From the NCBI GenBank assembly GCA_965261085.1, contig OZ253442.1, positions 3,840,001 to 3,904,000 on the forward strand: a stretch of 64,000 nt of DNA, read 5' to 3'. Both the position numbers and the translations under genes were made by a program. Of this stretch, positions 10,362 to 21,600 are shown piece after piece (position 1 is the stretch's first letter; each line of letters opens with the position of its first letter). Below the pieces are notes generated by a model, which saw only the letters and a program-made list of their open reading frames with translations, was not told the origin of the DNA and searched no databases. Source of the stretch: a bacterium. GTDB lineage: Bacteria; UBA8248.

Positions 10362-11365
10362 GATTCTAATTTACCAACCCTTTTTTCGAGTTCATTTACT
10401 TTTTTTGAAAGCCTCGGTAAATTTCTCAAAACTGCAATTCGCCTGCGTGCATCACGAATTTCCGTCGCCGGAGAGTGCAGATACACTTTGCCTCCCTCTA
10501 AACTCTTCGGCACACCGGTGCCGGCTCCCAGTTTTGCGCCATCGCCAATTTCGACATGATCCGCTATCCCAACACGGCCGCCCATTATGACGCCTCGACC
10601 AATTTTCGCGCTACCGGAGATGCCCACCTGGCTCGCTAATATACAATCCTCCCCAATCACGACGTTGTGCGCAATTTGCACCAGGTTGTCGATTTTCGTA
10701 CCACGGCCGATTCTCGTTTCTCTTAAGGTCGCCCGATCGATCGTGCTATTCGCCCCGATTTCCACATCATCCTCAATGACAACCGTGCCCGTTTGAGGGT
10801 ATTTAAAAATACGGCCTTCCTCATCGGGCATATATCCAAACCCGTCCGCTCCAACGACGACTCCCGCATGAAGAATCACTCTGGACCCTATTTCCACTTC
10901 AGCATACAAAACACAATTCGGATATATATAACATTCAGAGCCTATCCTCACGTTTTGGTCGATATGTACACCCGCCCCGATATAGGAACCATCGCCCACC
11001 ACAACACCACTGGCAAGAGATGCGAATGGCCCTATATGAACATCATCTCCCACCCGGGCCGTATCGGAGATGCTGGCGTTGGCATCAATCCCCGGCTGGA
11101 ATTTTCGAGGCGGACGAAACAACAGGACCGCACGGGCAAAAGATAAGCGAGGGTTTCTTGTAGAAATACAGGGGCGTTCAATTTTTAGCCCATGGGGGGC
11201 GATAAGGGCGCCCGCATCAGAGTGCGTGTCAAGTTTTTTCGCTGACTCCACGTAACTCAAATCATTTGGCGATGCTTTTTCATATTCGGCCACGTCCTGT
11301 AGATCTACATTCCCGTCGCCGATCAATTCCCCGCCGAGCAGATTCGCAATCTCAGCCAGAAACAT
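10358..11365 (-). CDS. lpxD: UDP-3-O-acylglucosamine N-acyltransferase
   Basis: [21 protein letters not shown] and [13 protein letters not shown] motifs. Confidence 0.96.
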   Translation of the reverse strand: MFLAEIANLLGGELIGDGNVDLQDVAEYEKASPNDLSYVESAKKLDTHSDAGALIAPHGLKIERPCISTRNPRLSFARAVLLFRPPRKFQPGIDANASISDTARVGDDVHIGPFASLASGVVVGDGSYIGAGVHIDQNVRIGSECYIYPNCVLYAEVEIGSRVILHAGVVVGADGFGYMPDEEGRIFKYPQTGTVVIEDDVEIGANSTIDRATLRETRIGRGTKIDNLVQIAHNVVIGEDCILASQVGISGSAKIGRGVIMGGRVGIADHVEIGDGAKLGAGTGVPKSLEGGKVYLHSPATEIRDARRRIAVLRNLPRLSKKVNELEKRVGKLES

Positions 11366-11366
11366 T

Positions 11367-11957
11367 TCATTTCTTCTTCTGATCGTACAGCTTTATCACC
11401 TTTTCCGTCAGATCCACTCCCGGATTGTAAAACAAAACACCACCGGAGGTAGTGTCTACAATGACATCCAAACCACCTTGCTTTCCAATTGCATGAACAA
11501 TGTCTTTTATCTCTTTGAGTACCTTAGTCACGGCTATCCTTCGGCGCTCTTCAAGATCTCGTTGGCTCTCTCGCAACAATCTCCGCAGATTGTCCTGCTC
11601 ACGCGCGATCTCCCTCCTTTGGGATCGCAGTTCGAACGCCTTGCGCTCTTTTTCTTCCTGCCGCCAAATCGCGCTTTTCTGGTCGATCTCCAACTGCAAG
11701 TCTCGCACTTTATTCGCAATTTGAGCCAAATCATCGCGCCTTTTCCGAATCGTGGCTTCGAGCCTCTTTTTCTCACTGTCCAAAGACGAACTCGCTACCC
11801 GGCCGCCTTTTGAAATTCGTAACACGCGCTGAATATTGACGACGCCATATTTCGTATCCGCCGATTCCACATCACCTGCATAAGTAAATACAAAAAATAT
11901 GGATGGGAGTAAAACCAATAAACCAAACCGCCTCACGTTGAACATCCTCCATCCCAA
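11367..11957 (-). CDS. skp: OmpH/Skp periplasmic chaperone
   Basis: Signal peptide, [11 protein letters not shown], long coiled coil, [13 protein letters not shown]-terminus; located between bamA and lpxD. Confidence 0.88.
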   Translation of the reverse strand: MGWRMFNVRRFGLLVLLPSIFFVFTYAGDVESADTKYGVVNIQRVLRISKGGRVASSSLDSEKKRLEATIRKRRDDLAQIANKVRDLQLEIDQKSAIWRQEEKERKAFELRSQRREIAREQDNLRRLLRESQRDLEERRRIAVTKVLKEIKDIVHAIGKQGGLDVIVDTTSGGVLFYNPGVDLTEKVIKLYDQKKK

Positions 11958-11980
11958 AGATTATGTCGGCACACCTAAAT

Positions 11981-14365
11981 CTAAAACGCAGCCCCGATTC
12001 CCAGATGCGTTTCTCTCCTGCGCTCGTTCGTTTTTCTGTCCAGCTTATATCCGATATCCAGCCGCATGGGACCGATAGGCGTCACGATGCGCAAACCGAC
12101 CCCAGCACCTAACCGCAAATCACCTAAATCAAACGCATTATCCTCATCCCAAATGTTTCCCATATCGAAGAAAACCGCGACTTGGGTTGGACCGATGAAA
12201 GGATGTGTCAATTCAACGGACGCAAGAACGGCAGAGAATCCACCTATGGCTTCGCCCTGGGTATCCTTCGGCCCCAGGTCGCTGGAACTGAAGCCTCGGA
12301 CGGCGTGTCTTCTGCTGGCGTATAAACGACGGAACGCGGGCACTTCGTCCTTGAACGAATCAACATAGCGGAGGTTTCCTCTCAGACTCAAAACCAAATC
12401 CCGTAAAATGCGGATCCGGAAACGCTCCCCAATGTTATGGTATTGTCTGAATTCCGCTTCAGTGGAGAATACGTCCACATTTCCACCCAATATTGAAGTA
12501 GAAATTGTGGTGCCAACACTCCAGTACGTACCATCCGTCGGGAAAATAGGTCTGTTCAGGCTATCGTAGACCAACCTCGGAATGATGCTGCTTTCGAGAA
12601 AAGTTTCTCCATCCTGCTCAAGAATCGTGGATGTCGCCGTGTCATCAACGTTGCTAATAAGGGATTCCGCGATCTCATAAGAGACGAAAGCCCTCAAAAA
12701 TTCCTGAAATTCCTTGCCAACCGTGATTCGGGCACCCTGCCTCTCGTTGTCAAAGGTTTCATATTCCTGATCCACAAAAAACAGGCTGCCCCCAAGTGAG
12801 TACCCGGAGTCTCGAAAATTTGGGTCGAAGTATTCCGCAACCAAATCAAAGCGCTCGGAAGAAATTCTGGTGAATAATGAACCAACCAAGCCCATGCCGA
12901 ATAAATTTGACTCTCTTATTTCACCTTGCCCATAAAAACCCTCGTCACTATTGATACCGATGCCACCTGTTATCGAGCCGGTTGGCTTCTCCTTCACCTC
13001 AATTTCGATATCGAGTATTTCATCACTACCAGGGCGCCGTTTTTCAACGACTTTCACCGTTTCGAAATAATTCTTGCGAACGAGACGCCGACGCGTCAGA
13101 TCCAATCCTTTCTTGCTATACAGGGACCCTTCGATAACGCGAACATCTCTACGAATTACATTCTCACGAGTACGGGTATTGCCTTTTACCCCCACTTTTC
13201 CGATGTATACTCTTCGCCCTTTATTGATTCGAATTGTAATGTCGACCGTCTTCTTCTTGTCGTCTGTTTTCGTGAAACTATTGACATCTACAAACGCATA
13301 GCCACGGTTCGAAAATTGATTTGTTATCGCTTGCACATCGGATATTAAGCGGGATTTGTTGAAAACATCACCCCCAAAGAGAAGCATCTTCCCCCCAATC
13401 TCTTCCCGGGGAATGACATCCTCTCCACCACGAATATCAATTTTTGCAATTTGGTACCGAGACCCCTCGCTGATGGGTATCGTTATAGATATCCGGCCTT
13501 TTTCCCGGTCCTCGCGAATGGTGGGCTGCCCGACCTGAACTTTGGCGTACCCGCGACTCTCATACAATAAGCGAATCCGCACCAAATCCCTTTGCAATTC
13601 ATCTTCGTTAAATATCCCTGAACTCGTAAGAAATGAGAAAATGCCCGATTCACTGGTTTCCATGGCTTTGAGCAAATCTCTTTTAGAGACATTGTCGCTG
13701 CCTTCAAAATTGATTGCGCCTATTAGTACACTTTCACCTTCATCTATCAAGATCGTGACAGCCACTGTATTCTGGCCGCTTTCTTTCAGAACAGCTTCTA
13801 TGCGTGCGAAATAATGGCCTAGTTCTTGATATAATTTTCGGATGTTACGGACTGTTTCTTTCAGGATGGATTCACTGACAATGGTTTGAACTTTTACCGT
13901 GACACGCTCGCGGATTTTTTCAAGGTCTACACTACTGTTTCCAATGATTTCAATCTGGTTGATCGTGGGCTTTTCGCTGAGTTGATAAATTACGCGGAGT
14001 CCCCCTTCCAGAGACTCCACTTGAACTTTCACGTCACGGAAAAATCCCAGTTTGTATATCGCTCGAACATCCGCGCGGGTTTGCTTGACCAATTCTGTGT
14101 TGGTGTAGCTGTTCCCCTCTTTCAGCCGAACGTAAAAAAGAACCGTAGAGCGATCAACCCGACGATTCCCTTTCACTTCAATGGACCGTATCGTGATGGC
14201 CGGTGAGGCCGACTGCCCTATCGCCTCATGAGAAACGGCAAGAAGCAACATGACGGCCAAAACGGCGCAGGCCAGCACCTTCGCCGCAAAGCGCATAAGA
14301 CCACCCCCCGAGGAAGAAGGGGAAACCAGTTTCAACTTTTCAGTGAAACTATAGATCTTGGACAC
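11981..14365 (-). CDS. bamA: Outer membrane protein assembly factor BamA
   Basis: POTRA repeats (IEVKGNRRV, GNTRTRENVIRR), VRGF loop motif, TPIGPMRLD, terminal F. The true start may be ATG 14296. Confidence 0.95.
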   Translation of the reverse strand: MSKIYSFTEKLKLVSPSSSGGGLMRFAAKVLACAVLAVMLLLAVSHEAIGQSASPAITIRSIEVKGNRRVDRSTVLFYVRLKEGNSYTNTELVKQTRADVRAIYKLGFFRDVKVQVESLEGGLRVIYQLSEKPTINQIEIIGNSSVDLEKIRERVTVKVQTIVSESILKETVRNIRKLYQELGHYFARIEAVLKESGQNTVAVTILIDEGESVLIGAINFEGSDNVSKRDLLKAMETSESGIFSFLTSSGIFNEDELQRDLVRIRLLYESRGYAKVQVGQPTIREDREKGRISITIPISEGSRYQIAKIDIRGGEDVIPREEIGGKMLLFGGDVFNKSRLISDVQAITNQFSNRGYAFVDVNSFTKTDDKKKTVDITIRINKGRRVYIGKVGVKGNTRTRENVIRRDVRVIEGSLYSKKGLDLTRRRLVRKNYFETVKVVEKRRPGSDEILDIEIEVKEKPTGSITGGIGINSDEGFYGQGEIRESNLFGMGLVGSLFTRISSERFDLVAEYFDPNFRDSGYSLGGSLFFVDQEYETFDNERQGARITVGKEFQEFLRAFVSYEIAESLISNVDDTATSTILEQDGETFLESSIIPRLVYDSLNRPIFPTDGTYWSVGTTISTSILGGNVDVFSTEAEFRQYHNIGERFRIRILRDLVLSLRGNLRYVDSFKDEVPAFRRLYASRRHAVRGFSSSDLGPKDTQGEAIGGFSAVLASVELTHPFIGPTQVAVFFDMGNIWDEDNAFDLGDLRLGAGVGLRIVTPIGPMRLDIGYKLDRKTNERRRETHLGIGAAF

Positions 14366-16793
14366 TAAGCACTTCCGTGTCTTCTTTCAATTCGAATACC
14401 AATTCATCCCCAGCCAACTTCGCTAGGATCGTTCCCCCATCCTGGAATTTACCATGCAAAACTTCTTCGCTGAGGGTGTCTTCGATGTGTCTCTGGATGA
14501 CGCGACGCAGAGGCCTTGCTCCATAAGCCGGCTCAAACCCCTGTTTGGCAAGCCACTCTTTGACCTCTTCGCTCAGTTCAATCGTCATTTCCTTTACATT
14601 CAGCGTCTCATTGACCTTGGCAATTTCAATATCCACGATTTTCAGGATGTCCTCATGGGTCAATGGACGGAAGATGATGACATCATCAACCCGGTTCAGG
14701 AACTCGGGATTGAAGGTGCGCTTCAGCTCATCGCGAATACTGTCTTTAATCTTGTCGAAGCCAAGGCCTGCGTCCACCTTCTGGAATCCGAGGGATGTGC
14801 CTTTCTCAATGGATCGGGCCGCCAAATTCGAAGTCATGATGATGACGGTGTTCTTGAAGTCGATGTTGCGGCCATAGCTGTCCGTGAGCAGACCATCGTC
14901 CATCACCTGCAACAAGACATGGTAGACATCGGGGTGCGCCTTCTCGATCTCATCGAGCAGTATAACGGAGTAAGGCTTTCTGCGAACGCGCTCGGTGAGC
15001 TGTCCCCCCTCCTCGTAACCGACGTATCCCGGAGGCGCTCCGGTGAGGCGGGAGACGTTGAATCTCTCCATGTATTCACTCATGTCAATGCGAATGAGGG
15101 CGTTCGGGTCGCCGAACATGAACTGGGCGAGCATTCTGGCCATCTCGGTCTTGCCCACGCCCGTGGGGCCCAGGAACAAGAAGCTGCCGATCGGCCTTTT
15201 GGGCCCTTTCAGGCCGGCGCGCGCCCGGCGAACCGCCTTCGTCAAAGCGCGCGTGGCTTCTTCTTGCCCGATGATGTGGCTATTCAACTCCTCTTCCATC
15301 CGGAGAAGACGTGCGTTCTCCACTTCTCCGATGCGCTGCAACGGAATCCCGGTCATCCGGCTGACCACATAAGCCACATCCTCGTCTGTGACAAACGGCT
15401 CTTCATCCGTTTGACCCGCCTCCCATTCCGCTTTCAACTCGTCAAGCCTGCTTCTGTCCTGCTCTTCCTGGTCGCGTAACTCGACGGCCTTTTCAAAATC
15501 CTGTTTCTCGATCATATCTTTTTTGGTGCGAGCCGTTTCTTCAATTTGGCGCTGAAGATCCCGAATGTTGCTCGGGAAGGTTTCTTTCTCAAGACGAACC
15601 TTGCTGCACGCCTCATCGATGACGTCTATCGCCTTATCCGGCAAGAAGCGATCCGACACGTATTGGGACGACAGGCGAACGGCGGAGACAAGCGCCTCAT
15701 CCGTCAACTGCGCGCGGTGGTGTTTCTCATATCTGTCTCTCAGACCCTTCAGTATGCTGACCGTATCATCCACAGACGGTGGATCCACCATTACAGATTG
15801 GAAACGACGCTCTAAAGCGCCGTTTTTCTCGATGTACTTTCGATACTCATCCAGCGTGGTGGCGCCGATGCACTGAACTTCTCCACGGCTGAGCGCGGGT
15901 TTCAACATGTTCGAAGCATCTATGGAGCCTTCCGCCGCGCCTGCACCCACCAAAGTATGCAGCTCATCGATGAAGATAATCACATCCTGGCTCTGCGTGA
16001 TCTCCTTCATGATGGCCTTCAAGCGCGCTTCGAACTGTCCACGATACTTCGTTCCCGCAACCAAAGCGCCCAGATCAAGCTGAACCACGCGCTTGTTGTA
16101 CAAAATCTGGGGAACATCTTTCGACATGATTGATTGCGCCAAACCCTCGACAATCGCCGTTTTCCCTACGCCGGGCTCTCCGATCAAGACAGGGTTGTTT
16201 TTCGTCCGTCGCGCGAGAATCTGGATGACGCGCTCGATTTCCTGCTCCCGACCGATGACGGGATCGAGTTTCCCCTCATCGGCAAATTCCGTAAGATCGC
16301 GCCCAAACTCATCGAGCGCCGGCGTCTTGCTCTTCTCACGAGAACGCGCCGCCACAGGCTCCCTGAGGAGATTGATGGTCTGCTCTCGCGTTTGCTGGAG
16401 TTTTACGCCGAAGCTGGCCAGAATTTTAGCCGCCAATCCGTCTTTCTCTCTCACGATGCCCAACAACAGATGCTCGGTGCCGATATAGTTGTGGCCCATC
16501 AGACGGGCCTCTTCGACGGCGTATTCAAGTACTTTTTTCGCTTTAGGGGTAAACGGGATGTCCCCTTCCACGGGGCCGCTCAAACTCTTGGGTAGATTAC
16601 GTTCAAGCTCCAGCCGAAGCTGCTTGGGGTCGACCCCCAGCTTCTGCAAAACGGCTATGGCGATTCCACCCCCGTCCTTCAGCACACCAAGCAGTATGTG
16701 TTCGGTTCCCAGATATTCGTGCCGGTAGTGCTCCGCCTCTTCTCTGGCCAAGATAATGACTTTTCGGGCGCGCTCAGTGAATCGCTTGAACAT
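14349..16793 (-). CDS. clpC: ATP-dependent Clp protease ATP-binding subunit ClpC
   Basis: FTERARKVI double Clp-N domain, GEPGVGKT and GPTGVGKT Walker A motifs, short UVR-like M domain ([13 protein letters not shown]), LGF ClpP-docking loop. Confidence 0.93.
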   Translation of the reverse strand: MFKRFTERARKVIILAREEAEHYRHEYLGTEHILLGVLKDGGGIAIAVLQKLGVDPKQLRLELERNLPKSLSGPVEGDIPFTPKAKKVLEYAVEEARLMGHNYIGTEHLLLGIVREKDGLAAKILASFGVKLQQTREQTINLLREPVAARSREKSKTPALDEFGRDLTEFADEGKLDPVIGREQEIERVIQILARRTKNNPVLIGEPGVGKTAIVEGLAQSIMSKDVPQILYNKRVVQLDLGALVAGTKYRGQFEARLKAIMKEITQSQDVIIFIDELHTLVGAGAAEGSIDASNMLKPALSRGEVQCIGATTLDEYRKYIEKNGALERRFQSVMVDPPSVDDTVSILKGLRDRYEKHHRAQLTDEALVSAVRLSSQYVSDRFLPDKAIDVIDEACSKVRLEKETFPSNIRDLQRQIEETARTKKDMIEKQDFEKAVELRDQEEQDRSRLDELKAEWEAGQTDEEPFVTDEDVAYVVSRMTGIPLQRIGEVENARLLRMEEELNSHIIGQEEATRALTKAVRRARAGLKGPKRPIGSFLFLGPTGVGKTEMARMLAQFMFGDPNALIRIDMSEYMERFNVSRLTGAPPGYVGYEEGGQLTERVRRKPYSVILLDEIEKAHPDVYHVLLQVMDDGLLTDSYGRNIDFKNTVIIMTSNLAARSIEKGTSLGFQKVDAGLGFDKIKDSIRDELKRTFNPEFLNRVDDVIIFRPLTHEDILKIVDIEIAKVNETLNVKEMTIELSEEVKEWLAKQGFEPAYGARPLRRVIQRHIEDTLSEEVLHGKFQDGGTILAKLAGDELVFELKEDTEVLSVQDL

Positions 16794-16803
16794 ACGGCCC
16801 TCC

Positions 16804-17538
16804 TTACTTTTTGTCGGCTATTTTCCCGTCCACCACGGCGATCACACGATCCATTTTTTCCGCCATCGAATTATTGTGCGTCGCCACCAAAATCGTTTGC
16901 CTGCTTCTTTCGTTAATCTCTTGAAGCAATTCAAATATCGTTTCCGCGGTTGCTGAATCCAAATTCCCCGTTGGTTCATCCGCGAGTACTACAGAAGGAT
17001 TGTTAATTAACGCGCGTGCAATAGCAACCCTTTGTTGCTCTCCTCCGGAGAGTTCTCCGGGCCGATGATTCCATCTATCGGCCAAGCCTATCCGGCTTAA
17101 CAATTCCTTCGCCTGCTCCTCCACCTCTTTTTTCCGGGCGCCACGAAGCAACCCGGGTATCATAACATTTTCCAGCCCGGAAAACTCCGGCAACAAGTGA
17201 TGAAACTGGAATACGAAACCTACATACTGATTTCTCAATTGAGCCAATTCGGCTTCTGAGCAATCAGAGAGGCTTTTGCCCTCGAGAATCACTTCGCCTT
17301 TCGTCGGCCTGTCGAGTGCTCCCAAAAGATGGAGCAAGGTGGTTTTTCCCGCTCCCGAGACCCCCATGATGGCCACCATCTCGCCCTGCCCAACTTCGAG
17401 ATCGACTCCGCTCAGAGCCATCACCTCGCCGCTGCCCATGGTGTATGATTTTTCCAGTCCCCTGGTGACGATTACCTGCGGCAACACACCCTCTGGTGAA
17501 ACAGACTCACTCATCTCCAATGTGCGCGAATCAACCAT
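16804..17538 (-). CDS. lolD: Lipoprotein-releasing ABC transporter ATP-binding protein
   Basis: GVSGAGKTT, GFVFQFHHLL, LSGGEQQR and ADEPTGNLD motifs; next to lolC/E. Confidence 0.93.
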   Translation of the reverse strand: MVDSRTLEMSESVSPEGVLPQVIVTRGLEKSYTMGSGEVMALSGVDLEVGQGEMVAIMGVSGAGKTTLLHLLGALDRPTKGEVILEGKSLSDCSEAELAQLRNQYVGFVFQFHHLLPEFSGLENVMIPGLLRGARKKEVEEQAKELLSRIGLADRWNHRPGELSGGEQQRVAIARALINNPSVVLADEPTGNLDSATAETIFELLQEINERSRQTILVATHNNSMAEKMDRVIAVVDGKIADKK

Positions 17539-18793
17539 AACGGAGATTTTCTACCGGATCGACGCGAGAAGCTCGCCATGCTGGATAAAGTGTCGCCGCC
17601 AAACAGATCAAAAAAGCAGATACTGCAGTAACAGAGACATCAAAAGGCGTCATCTGCACCGGTAATTTCTCTATATGGTAAACGCTGGGGGGTAGGATGT
17701 CCAGACCAAACACGCGTTCTAAAAAATCCTCAACCACATGGAGATTCCACCCCACAACGAGGCCTCCACCGGTTCCCAAAACAGCACCCAACAGACCTAT
17801 AAAAGCGCCTTGAACGAAAAATATCCTTAAAATTGCGCCGCTCGTAGCCCCCATCGACTTCAAGATCGCGATTTCACGCCCTTTTTCCATCACCACCATG
17901 ACCAGTGAGCCGATGATGTTGAAAGCGGCCACAACGACGACGAGAAGCAGAAGGATGGTGAGGGTGGTTTTTTCCGTTTTTAACGCGGAAAACAGGTTGC
18001 GATTCATTTCCTGCCAGGAGCGCGATAAATACGCCCCCGAGAGAGTTCCCTGAATTTTGCGAGAAATGCGCTCGGCCGAAAAAATGTCCTTCACGCGCAA
18101 ATGCACCCCCGTTACGGAATTGCCGAATCCAAAGAATTTCTGGCTTTCTTTCATCGAGATAAACGCGAGGCTGGCATCGTATTGATAAAACCCGCTACGA
18201 AAGATTCCCACCACCTGAAACTTTTTCGTTCGGGGCACCAGGCCCATCGGCGTAATCACCCCCACGGGGCTGACCATCGTCACCGCATCACCCACTTTGA
18301 GGGACAAGTTTTTCGCGAGTTCGCCCCCAAGAATAACGCCGGGCTTGCCCGTGCTGTTTTTCTCCGAAATCTTTTTTAACGCACCATCCTTCAAGTACCT
18401 TTTGATGTCCGTCACGTCGATTTCCCGAGCCGGCACAATCCCGCGCACCACCGCGCCCATCACACGGTTATTGAATGAGAACATCGCCTGTCCATACACA
18501 AAAGGACTCGCCGCCATTACGCCCTCTTGATTGCCCGTTTTTTGCAGGACATCGTGCCATTTTCTCATCAAAGAAGCGCCTGATTTCGTTATGACAATAT
18601 GACTTTGCGTGCCCAGGATTTTGTCACGAAATTCCCGCTGAAACCCCGTCATGACTCCCACGACGACGATGAGCGTGGCGACACCCAGCGCTATGCCCAA
18701 TACGGAGATCCAGGTAGTAAGTGAAACAAAGGCAAATTTGCTCCGCGAGCGCAAATGCCTGAAACCAATGAACAGTTCTGTTGAAAAGGTCAT
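17531..18793 (-). CDS. lolE: Lipoprotein-releasing ABC transporter permease (single LolC/E-type, LolF-like)
   Basis: GIALGVATLIVVVGVMTGF, VAAFNII, EIAILKSMGA and YPAWRAS...P motifs. Confidence 0.88.
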   Translation of the reverse strand: MTFSTELFIGFRHLRSRSKFAFVSLTTWISVLGIALGVATLIVVVGVMTGFQREFRDKILGTQSHIVITKSGASLMRKWHDVLQKTGNQEGVMAASPFVYGQAMFSFNNRVMGAVVRGIVPAREIDVTDIKRYLKDGALKKISEKNSTGKPGVILGGELAKNLSLKVGDAVTMVSPVGVITPMGLVPRTKKFQVVGIFRSGFYQYDASLAFISMKESQKFFGFGNSVTGVHLRVKDIFSAERISRKIQGTLSGAYLSRSWQEMNRNLFSALKTEKTTLTILLLLVVVVAAFNIIGSLVMVVMEKGREIAILKSMGATSGAILRIFFVQGAFIGLLGAVLGTGGGLVVGWNLHVVEDFLERVFGLDILPPSVYHIEKLPVQMTPFDVSVTAVSAFLICLAATLYPAWRASRVDPVENLRYG

Positions 18794-18795
18794 CT

Positions 18796-20364
18796 TTAGC
18801 CTTGTTGTTTCCGCATGAGGGGGAAAAGGATCACATCTCGAATCGAATGTGTATTCGTCAGCAGCATCGCGAGCCTATCTATTCCGATTCCCTCACCCGC
18901 CGTAGGCGGGAGGCCGTATTCCAGGGCCGTGAGATAATCCCAGTCAATTTCATGCGCTTCCTCATCGCCGGCCTTCCTCGCCGCTTCTTGTTGCTCGAAG
19001 CGCGCCCGCTGATCGTCCGGATCATTCAACTCCGTATAAGCGTTGGCAATCTCGCGCCCGGCGATGATGAGTTCAAACCGCTCCACGATATCGGGGTCGT
19101 CTTCCCGGCTCTTGGACAACGGTGAAAGGGCTTTTGGGAAATCATAGATAAAAGTGGGCTGCCTGAGTTTCGGCTCCACCAATTCTTCGAAAAGATACTC
19201 CAGGATGTGCGCATGGCTCATCTCACCCGGTACGGGGTAACCCTTGGGCGCTGCGATTTTTCGCGCAAAAAGGCGTGCTTTTTCTTCAGCTTCCAATACT
19301 TCGCTCGGCGCGCCGCCCACCGTCACGATGGAATCGCGCCATTTATATCGAGTCCAAGGCGCCTGAAACGATATCGCCTCGTCCCCATAATCCAGCACAT
19401 CACCGCCCAGGATATCTCGAGCCAGCGAGACCACCATCTTTTCCGTCAATACCATCAGATCATTATAGTCCGCATACGCCATATAGAATTCCAACATCGT
19501 GAACTCGGGGTTGTGCTGTGTGGATATGCCTTCATTTCTGAAATTTCGGTTAATCTCATAGACACGATCCATTCCACCCACAACCAGGCGCTTGAGGTAG
19601 AGCTCGGGCGCCACGCGAAGATACAAAGGCATTTCCAGGGTATTGTGGTAGGTGGTGAACGGTCTGGCCGTCGCCCCGCCGGCGATGGCCTGCATCATCG
19701 GGGTTTCGACTTCCAGGAAATTCAATTCATCCAAAAAACGGCGTATCAACTGAATCATCCGGGTGCGCACCCGAAACACTTCGACCACGCCGGGGTTTGC
19801 AATCAAATCCACATACCGCTGTCGGTAACGCGACTCCAAATTTTGCAGACCATGCCATTTTTCCGGCAGCGGCCTCAAACTTTTCGTCAGGAGTTTTATC
19901 CGGCGCACCCAGATCGAGAGCTCGCCCGTCCTCGTGCGGAACACGCCGCCCTCCGCTCCAACGATATCGCCGATGTCGAGTTCCTTCGCAGCCTGAAAAG
20001 ACTCTTCGCCGATTTCATTCATCCGAATGAACAACTGAATCTGTCCCGTCCCGTCCCGCAGATCGACAAAGGCGACTTTCCCCTGCACCCGCTTGGCGAT
20101 GATTCTCCCCGCCACGGAATAACTCGCCTGTTTCGCCTCTTCAAAACCATCCGCCGGCACTTCATGAAACTCTTCGACGATGGCGCCAATCTGGTGCGTC
20201 GTCGAAAACCGGTTCACGAAGGGATTGGCTCCAGATGCTCTAATCCCTTCGAGCTTTTTTCTCCGCTGCTGGGTCAAAAAATTATCATCGTCTCGCTCAT
20301 CCGGCGATGGTATCGCTTTATCCGCCACAGGGGCGCTCCTCCCATACCCTCTTTCTACGTCCAT
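18796..20364 (-). CDS. lysS: Lysine--tRNA ligase (class II)
   Basis: [37 protein letters not shown] and [15 protein letters not shown] motifs. Confidence 0.97.
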   Translation of the reverse strand: MDVERGYGRSAPVADKAIPSPDERDDDNFLTQQRRKKLEGIRASGANPFVNRFSTTHQIGAIVEEFHEVPADGFEEAKQASYSVAGRIIAKRVQGKVAFVDLRDGTGQIQLFIRMNEIGEESFQAAKELDIGDIVGAEGGVFRTRTGELSIWVRRIKLLTKSLRPLPEKWHGLQNLESRYRQRYVDLIANPGVVEVFRVRTRMIQLIRRFLDELNFLEVETPMMQAIAGGATARPFTTYHNTLEMPLYLRVAPELYLKRLVVGGMDRVYEINRNFRNEGISTQHNPEFTMLEFYMAYADYNDLMVLTEKMVVSLARDILGGDVLDYGDEAISFQAPWTRYKWRDSIVTVGGAPSEVLEAEEKARLFARKIAAPKGYPVPGEMSHAHILEYLFEELVEPKLRQPTFIYDFPKALSPLSKSREDDPDIVERFELIIAGREIANAYTELNDPDDQRARFEQQEAARKAGDEEAHEIDWDYLTALEYGLPPTAGEGIGIDRLAMLLTNTHSIRDVILFPLMRKQQG

Positions 20365-20412
20365 AAAACCGTGCTTTCTCCATTCACTTCCCCCTGGTTC
20401 TGCCGCTGACGA

Positions 20413-21535
20413 TTACGCGCGCGTATTCGCCTTCCCTTCTATCAACGAGAGCAGGTAGGCGTCGATGAACACATCGATATTCCCATCCAACACGGCGTTC
20501 ACGTCCGAGCGTTCCACGTCGGTTCGATGATCCTTCACCATCCGGTAGGGATGCAGGATGTAGGAACGAATCTGGCTCCCGAATCCGATGGTTTTCTTCA
20601 TTGCGTGTTGCGCTACTTTTTCCGCATCACGCTTTCGCTTCTCCATTTCGTATAACTGGCCGCGCAGCATCTTCATGGCCGTAGCGCGATTCTTGTGCTG
20701 GCTCCTCTCATTTTGGCAAGAGACCACGATATTCGTCGGCAAGTGCGTGATCCTCACCGCCGAATCCGTCGTGTTCACATGCTGGCCGCCGGCGCCCGAA
20801 CTCCTGAATACATCAATCCGCAAATCGTTTTCATCAATTTCGATTTCCACATCATCCGACACCTCTGGAGCAACATCCACGGAAGCAAAAGAGGTGTGTC
20901 TCTTCGAACTGGCGTCAAACGGCGAAATTCTTATCAAACGATGCACGCCGACTTCCGCTCGAAGATACCCATAAGCATAATCCCCCTGAATGATCAGGGT
21001 AGCGTTTTTGATGCCGGCTTCATCCCCTCCAAGTATGGAAACGAGGCGCGCCTGGAATCCCTTCTCCTCCGCCCATCTCGTATACATGCGGAAGAGCATT
21101 TCGGCCCAATCCTGGCTTTCGACGCCGCCTGCTCCTGCATTCACGGAAAGGATGGCGTTGGTTCTGTCTTCCTCGGAATCCATGACCAGATGGAACTCCA
21201 GGCGCTCGGTTTCTCCCACAAGGGAGGAAAGCGCACTTTCGATATCGCTCAGGAGTTCCGACTCGAAAGTTTCTTCCATTTGGAGAAGCTGCAGAAATTC
21301 TTTCTGATCTTTGAGTCTGCCGCTGAGGTTCTCCCAGTTCCGGATCTTTTTCTCAAAAGAAGCGCGTTGCCTCAACGTGTTTTGCGCGGCTTCGGCGTCG
21401 TTCCAGAAATCCGTCTCTCCGGCGAGTTTATCGAGTTTGGCGCACTCTACCTCCAATCGATCGAGGTCAAAGCCGGCCTCGCAGTTCAAGGAGGCGCGCC
21501 TCCAGTTGCTCACATTTCTTGCATAATTCTTCCAT
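20413..21535 (-). CDS. prfB: Peptide chain release factor 2, with programmed +1 frameshift
   Basis: SPF and GGQ motifs. ATG 21535 (GGAG upstream) gives MEELCKKCEQLEARLLELRGRL, then CTT-TGA-C at 21472-21466; the +1 frame continues DLDRLEV. The ORF-track start at 21513 is an artefact. Confidence 0.95.
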
Positions 21536-21600
21536 CGATATCTCCAATCTTTCTAAATACAACCCTCTAACCTGTCGGCATGGAGTCCACCCGGGCGGTT

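Noticed and set aside
14454-15479. 341-aa plus-strand ORF
   Set aside because: Antisense shadow of clpC with no family motifs.
19207-20409. 400-aa plus-strand ORF
   Set aside because: Antisense shadow of lysS, explained by codon bias.
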